Below, one piece after another: positions 47,654 to 59,300 of a DNA stretch of 64,000 nt. The translations under genes were made by a program, and so were the position numbers. The notes under the pieces were generated by a model. The model did not search any database and was not told where the DNA came from. It saw only the letters and a program-made list of their open reading frames with translations. Each line of letters begins with the position of its first letter. Position 1 is the stretch's first letter. The DNA comes from Oscillospiraceae bacterium (lineage in GTDB: Bacteria; Bacillota; Clostridia; Oscillospirales; Acutalibacteraceae), in NCBI GenBank assembly GCA_015065965.1, contig SVPH01000012.1, forward strand, positions 3,841 to 67,840. Direction: 5' to 3'.

Positions 47654-48838
47654 ATGAAAAAAAAGAAAAATGCAAAAATGATTTTACTTTGCTTGCTGTT
47701 GCCGATAGTCATAGTTGTTTCGGTTGTCGCAGGTTTTTCAATACCTCTTGTTGTTAGTTTTTATGAAAATTCTTTTGAAAAAGGCGAACTTGTTGAGCGT
47801 ATTGAACCATATGTTATGCCTGAAAAAAATGAAGAGGAAATTAAAAAAAATCTTAAAGACAACGCAAGCAATGTACAAGCAGAGGCGTTGCCGGAAATAT
47901 TTGATAACGGCGATAAAGAGAATAAAAATCAGGATGGAGAAATCAATCAGTCAGGTGATTCGGGAGCAACAATTGGACTGGACAGGCATTACAACTATCT
48001 GACCTCGTTTACCGAAACGGATAAAGCAATCAGTGTATACGGAAAGACTCCAATTTACAGAGTTGATCCGATTGATTCAGATGTTATAAATATTCTTATT
48101 CTTGGTACGGATTCAAGGGATGTTTCCCGTGAGCGCGGCAGAAGCGATTCAATGATAGTTGCATCTTATAACAAAAATACAGGTAAAATTAAGTTAATTT
48201 CAATTCTCAGAGATTCGCTCGTACCTGTTGAAGGACATGGTTGGAACAGAATAAACTCTGCATACTCTTATGACGGAGTTGGGCTTGCCATAAACACGGT
48301 TAATCAACTTTTCGGATTGGATATTCAGTTTTTTGTAGTTGTTGATTTTACCGGCGCAAGAGATTTTATTAACCATGTTGGCGGTGTTGATATAGTGATA
48401 TCCGAAAAAGAAGCAGAATATTATTCCAAATACAGCGGAGAGAAAATTGAAGCAGGTCTTTGCCATATGGACGGTGCGTTGGCTATGACTCATATGAGAA
48501 CCCGCAAAATTGACAGCGATTTTGTCCGTTCAGAACGTCAAAGAGAGGTTATAGTTGCTCTTGCTAATAAAATTGTAAATGAAAAAACAATTCCGGAAAT
48601 ATATAATCTTGCTGATTATGCATTCAAACTTGTTAAAACCAATATCTCGTTAACGGATATGATGCCTGTTTTAACATCGGTTGCGACAAACGCAAAGGGT
48701 TTGTCAATTGAATCGCAAAATGTTCCTTACAACGACTCATTTGAATATGAATACTATAGCGGAATGGCTGTAATATCATTTGATATTGATGAAGCAAAGA
48801 ACAGAATGCACGAATTTTTATATGAAACAAAGATGTAA
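47654..48838 (+). CDS. LCP family ligase (second copy, ends the capsule operon)
   Basis: N-terminal TM; LILGTD, GRSDSM, SILRD, RINSAY, DSDFVRSERQ. Confidence 0.92.
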   Translation: MKKKKNAKMILLCLLLPIVIVVSVVAGFSIPLVVSFYENSFEKGELVERIEPYVMPEKNEEEIKKNLKDNASNVQAEALPEIFDNGDKENKNQDGEINQSGDSGATIGLDRHYNYLTSFTETDKAISVYGKTPIYRVDPIDSDVINILILGTDSRDVSRERGRSDSMIVASYNKNTGKIKLISILRDSLVPVEGHGWNRINSAYSYDGVGLAINTVNQLFGLDIQFFVVVDFTGARDFINHVGGVDIVISEKEAEYYSKYSGEKIEAGLCHMDGALAMTHMRTRKIDSDFVRSERQREVIVALANKIVNEKTIPEIYNLADYAFKLVKTNISLTDMMPVLTSVATNAKGLSIESQNVPYNDSFEYEYYSGMAVISFDIDEAKNRMHEFLYETKM

Positions 48839-48844
48839 TACACG

Positions 48845-48888
48845 ATTAAGACTTTGGCATATTTATATGCCGGAGTCTTAATTTTTTT
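48845..48888 (+). terminator. Intrinsic terminator ending the capsule operon
   Basis: attaagact-tggcat/atgccg-agtcttaat stem followed by T-run. Confidence 0.85.
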
Positions 48889-48895
48889 GTTTTGA

Positions 48896-48970
48896 AATAG
48901 TAAGGTTACTATTGACAAACAAAACAAAAAATGGTAATCTTTAGTAAGCGTACTATTAGTATGGTTACTA
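48896..48970 (+). promoter_or_regulatory. SigA promoter with three TAGTA-N4-TACTA operator boxes
   Basis: TTGACA-N17-TAATCT (48912-48940); boxes at 48898-48911, 48942-48955 and 48957-48970. Confidence 0.75.
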
Positions 48971-49116
48971 TTTGCGTAGCACATAAATTTTTGAGTGCAC
49001 AAAATTCAGCAATGTTGTTATTTGCGGCCAGTAAGACTTTGTTTTTTCTGAGTGTAATATATAATAATTACAAAAATTAACCAAGAATAAAAAATATTAA
49101 AATGAGGAGAGTTTGT

Positions 49117-51360
49117 ATGAGAACAATACGTAAATTTTTAGTTGTACTTCTTGTTGCTGTTATGATTTTATCATCATCAGCAATTGCAGTGTCTGCTAAA
49201 ACAGAAGAGAATGTTTTGTTTTCAGTGGGTGATGTGATGGAGTTTGGTGAATATCCGCAAAGTCAGGTTACTGAAGAGGCGCTTGTTGAAGAACTTAATA
49301 ATCAGGAACTTAATTGGATATCGTATGATTATTATTCCGGCAATGGAGATTACGGCTCTGCAGTTAAATCTGATTATATGAAGTATGCCGACATTGAGTT
49401 TAGCGGAGAAAAATATCGTGCGGTAATGTTTACTCAATACCGTCCTGACCAGAGTGAGCATGATTTTGAAAATGGAAGTTATATGCAGCAAAGTAACGGT
49501 TACGCAGTTGATATCGTATATTGGTTTAAGTTTGAACCTATTAAGTGGAGAGTTCTTAATCCGGATACAGGACTTGTTATCTGTGAAACAATATTAGATT
49601 CGCAACCTTTCCAGAATGAAGTTTATTATAAAGCGGATGAGTTTATGTTTTCGGCTCATTACGCTGATGCTGAATTTACAATTCCCGCAAACGCATACAT
49701 TTCAAGTTCATTGAAGGTGTGGCTTGAAGAGGTTTTTACCGAAACGGCATTCAGTCAAACTGAAGAGAGTCTTATCTATCAGAATGCTCATCTTATTTCA
49801 ATTGAGGAGTCAACAAACACCGATTATGGTTTTGATGCCGATAAACAGGCTGAGGATATCCAGCGTATGAGGAACGGAAGCGATTATGCTAAAGTTCAGG
49901 GATTGCAGATACATGAAGATGAAGTTGGAGCAGGTAATTCGTTTTGGTGGCTTGGAGACGAAGTTTCCATTTATCAACTTGAATCTGCTGTTTGCTACAG
50001 TGGTAGTGCAAACAGAGCAATCGGAGTAAGTTGCACATATATAGGTGTCTGTCCCGCAATCAATATTAATCTGTCGGAAATAGAGTATGACTTTATTATT
50101 GATACGGGTGACGGTACGCCTGAAAAATATACATATAAGTATGGACAGCAAATAACAGAAACAGAAGAACCGACAAGAGAGAAATACGTGTTTAAAGGAT
50201 GGGATACAGAATTCCCTGCAACTATGCCTGCTGCAGATACAACGATAAAAGCAATATGGGCACCGGATACAAGCGTTTGCCGTATCAGGTATGTCGGCAG
50301 AGTTACAAAAGGTGTAACAAACGAGAGGATTGCAGCCTACACTATTACCGCAGAAAGTGGTGTTTCAGCAATTCAATTCTCAGATGAAGATACAACATTT
50401 ACATTTAACAGAAAAAATTCTTTTATTTCAGGTAACCTTACAAAAACAGGAGTTCTTTCAATTACGGCATATGATATTAACAATGATGTGCTTACAGCAG
50501 AACAGGTTAAATCCGGTGCAGAGGTTTCGTATGAGATTTGGAAAATAGCGGTTGCTTTATCCGAAGGTGATTATAAGGTTCGCACAAGAGTAGAAGAACC
50601 GGAAGAAACATGGGAACTGATCAATTGCGCATATGTTTATACAATGGTATATGATATGGCAGAAGTTGATGAAAGCATGGTTGTTTCAGCGACCCCTGAA
50701 AGTGCAATAAGCCAAAGGGCTGTGCTAAACCCCGTAACTATTGTAACATCAGATAAAGTTTTAAGGCTCAGAATTACAACAACATTTTCAGACGGAACTT
50801 CAAGAATACTGTCATATTCTCCTACAAGCACATCGGTTGAATATACTGATAATGGTGACGGTACTGCAAATTGGATTTTGAATACGAAATTTACATATTC
50901 CGATGATGTTGATGAACAGGTTCAGAAGTGGACAGTATGGTACCGTGCATCGGGCGACACATCATGGAAAGAAACAGCCAAAACATTTGAAGTGATGGTT
51001 ACAAAATACGATCCTTTTAAAGAGGAAGAGTTTGAAATCGGTTATGCTCCTTATACAATAACAGATGTTATCGGTCCTGAAACAGCAGTTGTATCTGAGT
51101 ACACGGAAATAATTGTTAAAACAACCGATGATGTTACAAAGATTCGTGTAACTAACGAAAATGGCATATCCACAACCTATATGGCTACTTCTGCCAATAT
51201 TAATTGTGTTGATAACGGCGACGGAACATTGACATGGACTGTCAGATACAGATTTTCAACGGCAGGAACATCAACATGGGGCGTTCAATGTCGCGGCAGT
51301 ACATGGTCAGCAATTACCGATGCCGAACGGTTTGTTGTCACAGTTACGGAAAAGGCATAA
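49117..51360 (+). CDS. Secreted modular protein: DUF6273-like domain, InlB B/Listeria-Bacteroides repeat, repeated beta domains
   Basis: Signal peptide; FGEYPQS, FKFEPIKWRVL, WWL, GVCPAI; PTREKYVFKGWD...MPA.DTTIKAIW; two DNGDGT..W repeats. Confidence 0.75.
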   Translation: MRTIRKFLVVLLVAVMILSSSAIAVSAKTEENVLFSVGDVMEFGEYPQSQVTEEALVEELNNQELNWISYDYYSGNGDYGSAVKSDYMKYADIEFSGEKYRAVMFTQYRPDQSEHDFENGSYMQQSNGYAVDIVYWFKFEPIKWRVLNPDTGLVICETILDSQPFQNEVYYKADEFMFSAHYADAEFTIPANAYISSSLKVWLEEVFTETAFSQTEESLIYQNAHLISIEESTNTDYGFDADKQAEDIQRMRNGSDYAKVQGLQIHEDEVGAGNSFWWLGDEVSIYQLESAVCYSGSANRAIGVSCTYIGVCPAININLSEIEYDFIIDTGDGTPEKYTYKYGQQITETEEPTREKYVFKGWDTEFPATMPAADTTIKAIWAPDTSVCRIRYVGRVTKGVTNERIAAYTITAESGVSAIQFSDEDTTFTFNRKNSFISGNLTKTGVLSITAYDINNDVLTAEQVKSGAEVSYEIWKIAVALSEGDYKVRTRVEEPEETWELINCAYVYTMVYDMAEVDESMVVSATPESAISQRAVLNPVTIVTSDKVLRLRITTTFSDGTSRILSYSPTSTSVEYTDNGDGTANWILNTKFTYSDDVDEQVQKWTVWYRASGDTSWKETAKTFEVMVTKYDPFKEEEFEIGYAPYTITDVIGPETAVVSEYTEIIVKTTDDVTKIRVTNENGISTTYMATSANINCVDNGDGTLTWTVRYRFSTAGTSTWGVQCRGSTWSAITDAERFVVTVTEKA

Positions 51361-51394
51361 AACAAACCTATAAAAACTGAAGAGAGGTGCTTCT

Positions 51395-52096
51395 TTGGGC
51401 AGGAGAAAGAGAATTGTCAATACAAGGTTGGAAATTATTCAGGTAGGAACAAGAATGTTTCTTGAGGAAGGGTTTACGGCTACATCGGCATCAAAAATAA
51501 GCAAAGAACTTGGAATAAGTTTAGGTAATCTTACTTTTCACTTTCCAACAAAAGAACATTTGCTTGAAGAACTCATTGAAATGCTGTGCGATTTTCAGTG
51601 GGAAATTTTGAAAAGAGAGGCAGACAAGGGTTTGCTCAGAGCCGTTTGCCTTGAACTTGCTGCCATGGCTGCAATATGCGAGGAAAATGAAAACGCCAGA
51701 AATTTTTACCTTTCTGCATATACGCATAGCCATACGCTTGATATTATCAGAAGAAATGACAGAGAGAAAGCAAAAATGGTTTATGGCGAATATTGCAAAG
51801 ATTGGTCAGAAACACAGTTTATTGAAGCAGAAAATCTTGTTTCCGGTATTGAATATTCAACCCTCGCAAAAACTTCGGTAAGTGCTTCTGTAGAAGTCAG
51901 GCTTAACGGTGCACTTAATACAATAATGGGTATATATAATGTGCCGAAGGAAATCAGTGATGTATGTATTAAAGAAGTGTTATCTGTTGACTATTATGAA
52001 CTCGGTCGCAAAGTTCTTGAAGAATTCAAGAAATATGTAAGCGAGTCAACGAAAGAGGCTTTGATTGAAGCAGAAAAGAAAACAAATAAAAAATAA
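51395..52096 (+). CDS. TetR/AcrR-family regulator
   Basis: TRLEII......F.EEGF..TS...I...LGIS.GNLTFHFPTKE.L. Confidence 0.9.
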   Translation: MGRRKRIVNTRLEIIQVGTRMFLEEGFTATSASKISKELGISLGNLTFHFPTKEHLLEELIEMLCDFQWEILKREADKGLLRAVCLELAAMAAICEENENARNFYLSAYTHSHTLDIIRRNDREKAKMVYGEYCKDWSETQFIEAENLVSGIEYSTLAKTSVSASVEVRLNGALNTIMGIYNVPKEISDVCIKEVLSVDYYELGRKVLEEFKKYVSESTKEALIEAEKKTNKK

Positions 52097-52119
52097 TAAT
52101 CAGCGATTTCAACAGACAA

Positions 52120-52206
52120 AAGCACCGCCGACAGGGCGGTGCTTTTGTATATTTTTCATTTCAATGAAGATAATAGAACTGAATTATTTTATTGAGGTGA
52201 TGTTAT
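52120..52206 (+). repeat. Right (intact) copy of the direct repeat: terminator + spoVAD promoter/RBS
   Basis: Near-identical to 17505-17585; contains the hairpin aagcaccgcc/ggcggtgctt and GAGGTG RBS. Confidence 0.95.
52147..52175 (+). promoter_or_regulatory. Putative forespore (sigG-like) promoter
   Basis: GTATA-N17-GATAATA upstream of spoVAD, close to the B. subtilis sigG consensus GYATA-N17/18-CAWWNTA. Confidence 0.5.
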
Positions 52207-53221
52207 GCCTGTAAGATTGGGCAGATATACTCTGCTGTTGCCGTCAATGCCGGGAATTTCAGGATATGCGGCGGTTGCGGGTAAAAAAGAGGGCGAAGGT
52301 CCTCTCGGCAGTGCGTTTGATTATATATATGAGGATGGCACTGCTGGTGAAAAGTCATGGGAAAAGGCAGAAAGCATTATTCACCGTGATGCGGTTACAC
52401 GGGCAATCTCAAAGGCAGGTGTTTCGCCGCAGGATGCAGATGTGATTTTTGCCGGTGATTTGCTTAATCAATGCACAGGTTCAACTTTCGGGATTCGAGA
52501 TATGGGTATTCCGTTTGCAGGTATATACGGTGCGTGCTCTACAATGGCGCTTTCACTTGCAATGGCATCTGTGTGGATTGACAGCAGGGTTTGTGATATT
52601 GCTGTTGCATCAACATCATCACATTTTTGCTCTGCTGAGAAACAGTTCAGAATGCCGCTTGAATATGGCGGGCAGCGAACACCTACTTCTCAATGGACAG
52701 CAACGGCAGCGGGAGCAGCGGTTGTATCAAAAAATGAATGCAAAGCAAAAATTGAAAAAGTAATTGTTGGCAGGATTCAGGATTACGGAATTAAAGACCC
52801 GAATAATATGGGGGCAGCCATGGCACCCGCTGCTTGCCGCACCATAGCGGATTTTCTCAGGGATACGAACACCAATCCTTCCGATTATGATATGATCCTT
52901 ACGGGTGACTTAGGCTCTGTAGGGTCAGAGTTGCTCTGTGAACTGATGATTAAGCAGGAAAACATTGATATTTCTTCTGTTCATGAGGATTGCGGTTTGA
53001 TGATTTATGATACTTCCGTTCAAAAAGATACCGGTGCAGGCGGTTCAGGCTGCGGCTGCAGTGCGGCAGTGCTTTGTTCCGATATTTTGCGCAGAATTGA
53101 AAACGGTGAACTGAAAAAAGTGTTTTTTGTCGGAACAGGCGCTTTGATGTCGGGCATCTCAACTCTTCAAAGTGAGAGCATACCTGCTGTTGCTCACGGT
53201 GTTTTATTGACAGGAGGTTAA
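52205..53221 (+). CDS. spoVAD: Stage V sporulation protein AD
   Basis: GKKEGEGPLG, SWEKAE, GDLLNQC, GACST, SSHFCSAEKQFR.PLEYGGQR, NMGAAMAPAA, GGSGCGCS. Confidence 0.97.
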   Translation: MPVRLGRYTLLLPSMPGISGYAAVAGKKEGEGPLGSAFDYIYEDGTAGEKSWEKAESIIHRDAVTRAISKAGVSPQDADVIFAGDLLNQCTGSTFGIRDMGIPFAGIYGACSTMALSLAMASVWIDSRVCDIAVASTSSHFCSAEKQFRMPLEYGGQRTPTSQWTATAAGAAVVSKNECKAKIEKVIVGRIQDYGIKDPNNMGAAMAPAACRTIADFLRDTNTNPSDYDMILTGDLGSVGSELLCELMIKQENIDISSVHEDCGLMIYDTSVQKDTGAGGSGCGCSAAVLCSDILRRIENGELKKVFFVGTGALMSGISTLQSESIPAVAHGVLLTGG

Positions 53222-53222
53222 T

Positions 53223-53366
53223 ATGAACGAATTTACAAGTGCGGTTCGTGTAGCGAATGCCGCTTTTAAAACAGTCAGAATTATGGATATAGCCAAAAAG
53301 GCAGTTGTTGTTTCTGCGGCAATAACCTGTTGTGTTTTTGCTGCTAAATATTGGCGAAGCAGATAG
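53223..53366 (+). CDS. Small 47-aa putative membrane peptide (not in ORF track)
   Basis: AGGAGG RBS then MNEFTSAVRVANAAFKTVRIMDIAKKAVVVSAAITCCVFAAKYWRSR*; fills the gap between spoVAD and the next gene. Confidence 0.65.
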   Translation: MNEFTSAVRVANAAFKTVRIMDIAKKAVVVSAAITCCVFAAKYWRSR

Positions 53367-53374
53367 GTGCGTTT

Positions 53375-56300
53375 ATGAAGGAAAATATAAGGTTTAAAAT
53401 GAAAAACGCTGTGCGTGTTTTCAAAAGAAATGTTGCAGACGGAGGCAATGAATGGCTTTCTGATAATTATTATGTGCTTGAACGCCATGCAGTACAGGTT
53501 GCAGATGATTGCAGGCATGCTCAAAAATTGTTAAAAGGCTCGGAGTCTCTTCCGGGTCTTTTTATGCATTGCAGTAAATTATGCAAGAATGGCAAACTGC
53601 CGGATGATGATGAAATAATTGAATATTTCAGCCGAAATTCCATCAGCGGAATCGCTGCAAGTTTTTTGCCGTTGGTGTTTACGGGTGTTCTTGTTGATAT
53701 TGCGGCGCATGGAGTAAAATGCGGCGGCAAGAGCGGATCAAAAATTCTCGCAGAGTCAATAACTTCTCTAAGATGTATGGCAGAAACGGATTTTGAATAT
53801 ATAACCGAAAAACTTAGCGTTGCAGAAAGCATTCTTATGAGTGACCCTTCCGGTATCTATCCGCTTATGGACAGAGAATCAAAAAACAGATACCGTTATC
53901 TGATTGCACTTAAGGCAAAAAAAGAGGGCAGAAGCGAAAGAGAAGTTGCTGAAGAAGTGCTGAAAAAAGCAAAAAAGAATTCAGATCATATAGGCAAATA
54001 CATTGTCGGCAAATGCAAAAAACGCAGAGGTTTTGTGTTTTTGGCTATGGAGATAATCATGCCGTTTGCTGCATCGGTTGCTGCGGCAGTTCTTTTCAGG
54101 GATTTGTGGCTAGGATTACTCCTTTTTTTGCCAATTTGGGAAATTATGAGATATCCCGTTGAAAATGCATCAATGAAAGGCGTTAGGCCGAAAAGATTAT
54201 TCAAACTCTCGTCGGATAAAAAACAGGTGCTTGATATTCATACATTGATTACCGTATCAATGCTTTTACCGTCAGCGGAAAAAATGCACGCATTGGAAAA
54301 ACATTTGGAACAGGTATATCTGAGTAATTGTGTAGGTAACATTAAAGTTTGTTGTCTTGCGGATTTTAAGGGAGCGGATTCTCCAAGCAAACCCGAAGAC
54401 AAGGGCATTATAAAAGCGGCAAAGGATGTTTTTGACCGTTTGAATGCAAAACACGGCGGAGGTTTTGTTCTTGCTGTAAGACCGCGTGTATACAGCAGGA
54501 CGCAGGAGAAATTTATCGGCAGAGAACGAAAAAGAGGTGCAATTACCGAACTCATCAGAGCGATAAAAGGTAACACAAAAGGGTTTACAGAACTTTACGG
54601 AGATACAGAGAATTTTGGAGAGGTTAAGTATCTTATTGCGCTTGATGCGGACACACAACTTGTTTTTGACAGCGCAAGGGAACTGATTGCCGTTGCAGAG
54701 CACCCTTTGAATGTTCCCGTAATCGAAAACGGAAGAGTTTCAGAGGGTTACGGTATTCTTGTGCCTAAGGCTAAAAACAGGCTCAGAGGTGAGAATACGA
54801 CCTTTTTTGAGCGTGTTATGGCAGAAGATACGGGAATTACCGCCTATGACTCTTTTTCAGGCGAAAGATATCATGATTTGTTCGGAGAGAGCATATTCAG
54901 CGGTAAAGGTCTGATAAATGTTGATGTCTTTTATGAATTGCTTGACAGAGGTATTCCGAGTGAAACGGTTTTAAGCCACGATATTGTTGAGGGCGGATAT
55001 CTGCGTGCAGGCTACGTGCCCGAAGTCGAGATAACAGAGTCGTTTCCTGATAATGCAGATTCTTTTTACAGCCGTTTACACCGTTGGGTAAGAGGTGATT
55101 GGCAGAATATAGGTTTTATTTTTGGAAAAAACCCTTTGAATTTTCTGTCAAGATACAAAATGGCAGATAATCTTAGGCGCAGTCTTACATCGCCTGCGTG
55201 CATTGTTGCGCTCTTTTATTCGCTGATTGTACAGGGGAATGCGGGCGTTTTTGCTGCATGCGCCGCTTTGGTTGCTTTATGTGCAAGAAATTTTTATGCA
55301 GGATTAAATCTGATTATAAGCAGTGGTTTTTCAAGTTTGACGGTTTTGTATTTTTCAAAAGTGTTGCCTAATGCTATGGGAAGTTTTGCAAGAGCGTTTG
55401 TTTCTGTTGCCTGCAGCGCAAAGGAAACATACGTCTGCATCAGTGCGGCTGTTACTGCATTGTGGAGACTTTTGGTAAGCCGCAAAAATCTTCTTGAGTG
55501 GACTACCGCCGCACAAGCAGAAAAAAACAAAAGTACCGAAAGACTGCTTGTTTCATGTGTTCCTGCCGTGATTTCTGCCACGATATTTGTTTTATACGGT
55601 TTGCCTGTACACCGTTTAATAGGGCTTATTATCTTTGCCGATATACCGTTGACTCTGTTTGGCGGAAGAAAAACAAAACAGAAAAAACTGAATATAAGTG
55701 AGAATCAAAGAGATTCCTTAATTTCATACGCATCGGCAATGTGGGGGTTTTATAATGATTTATGCGGGAAAGCAAATAACTTTTTGCCGCCCGATAATAT
55801 TCAAATTTCGCCTGAAAGAGCAGTTGCTAACCGTACGTCGCCAACAAATATCGGACTTATGCTGACATCATTCCTTGCTGCAAGGGATTTTGGATTTATA
55901 ACTTCTGCAGAACTTTATATGAGACTGAACCTGAGTTTCGGAACAATTGAAAAACTTGAAAAATATAAAGGCAATCTTCTTAATTGGTACGATACGGTGA
56001 CGCTTGAACCTCTGAATCCGCGCCTCGTTTCAGCGGTAGACAGCGGAAATTTTCTATGTTGTCTTACCGCATTGAAAGAAGGACTTCGTGAATATGTTCC
56101 TGAATGTTCGTCTCTTGAAAAAATTATTATTAAAGCGGAGAAAATAATATCCGATACGGATCTTGCAGTGATGTATAATGAAAAAAAGAATCTTTTTCAT
56201 ATAGGAATCTTTACTGATGACGGAACAAAAAGCAGCAGTTACTATGACCTTTATATAAGTGAAATGAGAATGACAGCATATTTGGCTGTTGCTCGCAGAC

Positions 56301-59300
56301 TTGTGCCCAAAAAGCATTGGGGTGCAATGGGCAGAATATCAGTTCGTCAAGGCAGGTATACGGGACTTGTTTCATGGACCGGAACAATGTTTGAATATTT
56401 TATGCCAAATCTGTTTATTCCCGCACCTGAGGGAAGTCTGAGCCGTGAATCGTTATATTTCTGCCTTATGTGTCAACGCAAAAGGGCAGGAAACTTGCCT
56501 TTTGGTTTTTCGGAGAGCGGTTTTTTTGCGTTTGACGGTAATCTGAATTATCAATACAAAGCACACGGTGTGCAAAAACTGGGCTTAAGGCGCGGTTTGA
56601 ATAAAGAATTTGTTATTTCACCGTATTCGTCATTTTTAACACTCACAACCGCTCCACGAATTTCTTTGAAGAATCTTTCAAAACTTGCATCTATGGGGAT
56701 GACAGGTAAATACGGCTTTTACGAGGCAGCAGATTTCACTAAAGGAAGAAACAGCGGAGAATTTTCCGTAGTGCGTTCTTTTATGGCGCATCATGTGGGA
56801 ATGAGTTTTCTTTCGGTGGCAAATTTGTTGAAGGATAATTGCATGCAAAAACGCTTTATGAGTGACGGATTTATGCAGGGAGCAAAATCTTTGCTTGAAG
56901 AAAAAGCACAGACGGATTTGGCAGTGTTTGAAGATATAAGATCTGAGGAAACACGCCATGTTAGAGAGAAAACTCAAAGCAAAAACACGGTTTTTGCTGA
57001 CCCTTCACCTTTTTTGCCAAATGCAACATTGTTTTCGAACGGAAGAATGACAACCTGTATAACAGATTCCGGAACAGGTGTAAGTTTGTTTGACGGTGTG
57101 GATGTAACAGTAAACAGCAACGAAGTGTTTCTCAGACCACAAGGCGTTTTTGCTGCATTTTTAACAGAAAATTGCAGGATTCCGTTTATAAAAGCGATTG
57201 ATACAGGTTCAGGCATAAAATATTCGGCGGAGTTTTTAAAAAACAAGGCAATTCACACCTCAACATTTAAAGATATACGGCTTATATCAGAAACATCTTT
57301 AATGAAGTTCCGTAATTGCGAAGTGAGAAAATATACTGTTGAAAACATGAGCAATAAAGATAGAATCAAAGGCAATTTAATTGTATATTTTGAGCCTTGT
57401 CTTGAAAAAAGAACCGCATACAGTGCTCATCCTGCTTTTTCAAAACTTTTTCTTCTTGATGAATGGGATAATGACAACAATTGCTGCATATTCACCCGCA
57501 ACGGAAGAGAAGAAGAATCACGGTGTGCCGTTGCGGCAGGATTCGCAGAAAAATGTACTTTGTATCATGAAACTAATCGCGAAAAAGTTCTTAAAACGCC
57601 TCGCGGAATATTTTCTCTCGGAGAAAAAACGGTTTTTGACGCAGGGAGAGGTAATCCGGATTGCTGTTGTTCATTTCTGATTGATATAGAACTTGAACCG
57701 AAGGAAAAGAAAGTTTTTCATTTTTTGATTGCTGCAGGGGAAAACAGAGAGGAAGCGCTGAATACACTTCAGCAGGTGCGAGCAGATAAACGCAAAATCA
57801 GAGCAGAAAACCCGTTTTGTTCCGACTCACTGGGGAATGCTGTTTCGGCGATTCTTTTGCCTAAAGTTTTATATAATAAGTCAGGTCTGGCAAAAACTAA
57901 ACTAAATGAAAAGTGTAATTTTAAAAAGCAGGATTTGTGGAGTTTTGGTATATCCGGTGATTTGCCGATAATTTTGATTGAGGCTGATAAAAATTCGCAG
58001 GCTGAGTCTGTTTTGCCGTATGTAAGGTTTAATAAGATACTGAGGAGTTGCGGAATACAGACAGATCTTGTGATTGTTTGTAAAGATAACAATGGCTACT
58101 TTTCTCCTGTTGAATCAATGGTGAAAAGGATACTTTTACAGGAAGACTGTACTCTTATGGAGGGCGTAAAAGGTGGCGTTCATACAGTGAATTCAGCCTC
58201 ATACGGCCATGCTCAGATATGCGCATTGCGCGCAAAATCAATACAAATAGCAAATTCAGCAAAAAAACAGGATGATAATGGCAGGTTACCGTTCAGACCG
58301 CTCAAAATAAATGCCGGCAGTGATGCAAGAAAAAAAGAGTGTTGCGTAAAGCGATATAACTTTACAGACGGTAAAATTGCAATAAAAAATGCAGCAAAAG
58401 CCCTTGATATTCCTTGGTGTATGGTTTATGCAAATCAAAGCCTCGGAACTATGGTGTCTGACAAGTCGATTGGCTTTACATGGGCGATAAATTCAAGAGA
58501 AAATAAATTGACTCCATGGTATAATGATACCATGTCAGATAACCGCGGAGAGGCAGTTTTTTTGAAATATAACGGCATTTTATATGATATTGCCGCTTTG
58601 GGAAATGCTGAGTTCACTCCCGAAAAAGCAACGTGGCTAACAGAAATTTCAGGATTGCAAATAAGGACTGAAATCTCCATACCTCAAAAGGGAATGACAA
58701 AACGGTGTTTGCTTACAGTAACAAATAAATCAGAAGGAATACGAAGTTTTGACCTGATGTATTTTACCTTGCCTGTGTTAGGTGTAAGTCGAGAAAATGC
58801 AGGCGCGTTTTATGTACAAAAATGTGATAACGGTATTATAGTTAAAAATTCAGATTCGGAAATTCCCGGATATTCTGCTCTTGTTTGCAGCGATTTGCCT
58901 GACTACTTCTGCTGTTCGGTTAAGGATTTTTTTGAAGGGAATTTCAGCAGTGCATCATTTGATATTTCATCAGACTGTTGTATAGCAGTAGGCAAAAAAA
59001 TATCTTTAGATACAGGCGAAGTTATGTCGTTTGAATTTTATCTTTCGTGGGGAGCAACTGAGAGAGCGGCAGAGATTATGCCAAAAGTTTCAAAGTTTGG
59101 TGGCAGAATGATGTGTCCGAAAAAATTAGAAACAAATGATGAAAAATTGAATCTGTTTTTCAATTCATTCTTATATTCGCAAATAAAGCAAAGCCGTTTT
59201 TGGGGCAGAACAGGCTTTTATCAGTGTTCCGGAGCGTATGGATTCAGGGATCAACTTCAGGATTGTTTGGCGTTTATTGATTTTGAGCCGGAAATTGCAC

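Noticed and set aside
49117-51360. Diversity-generating retroelement target
   Set aside because: No reverse transcriptase and no template/variable repeat pair seen in the window.
17505-52206. Prophage, ICE or composite transposon
   Set aside because: No integrase, transposase, relaxase or phage genes recognised; only the direct repeat supports mobility.
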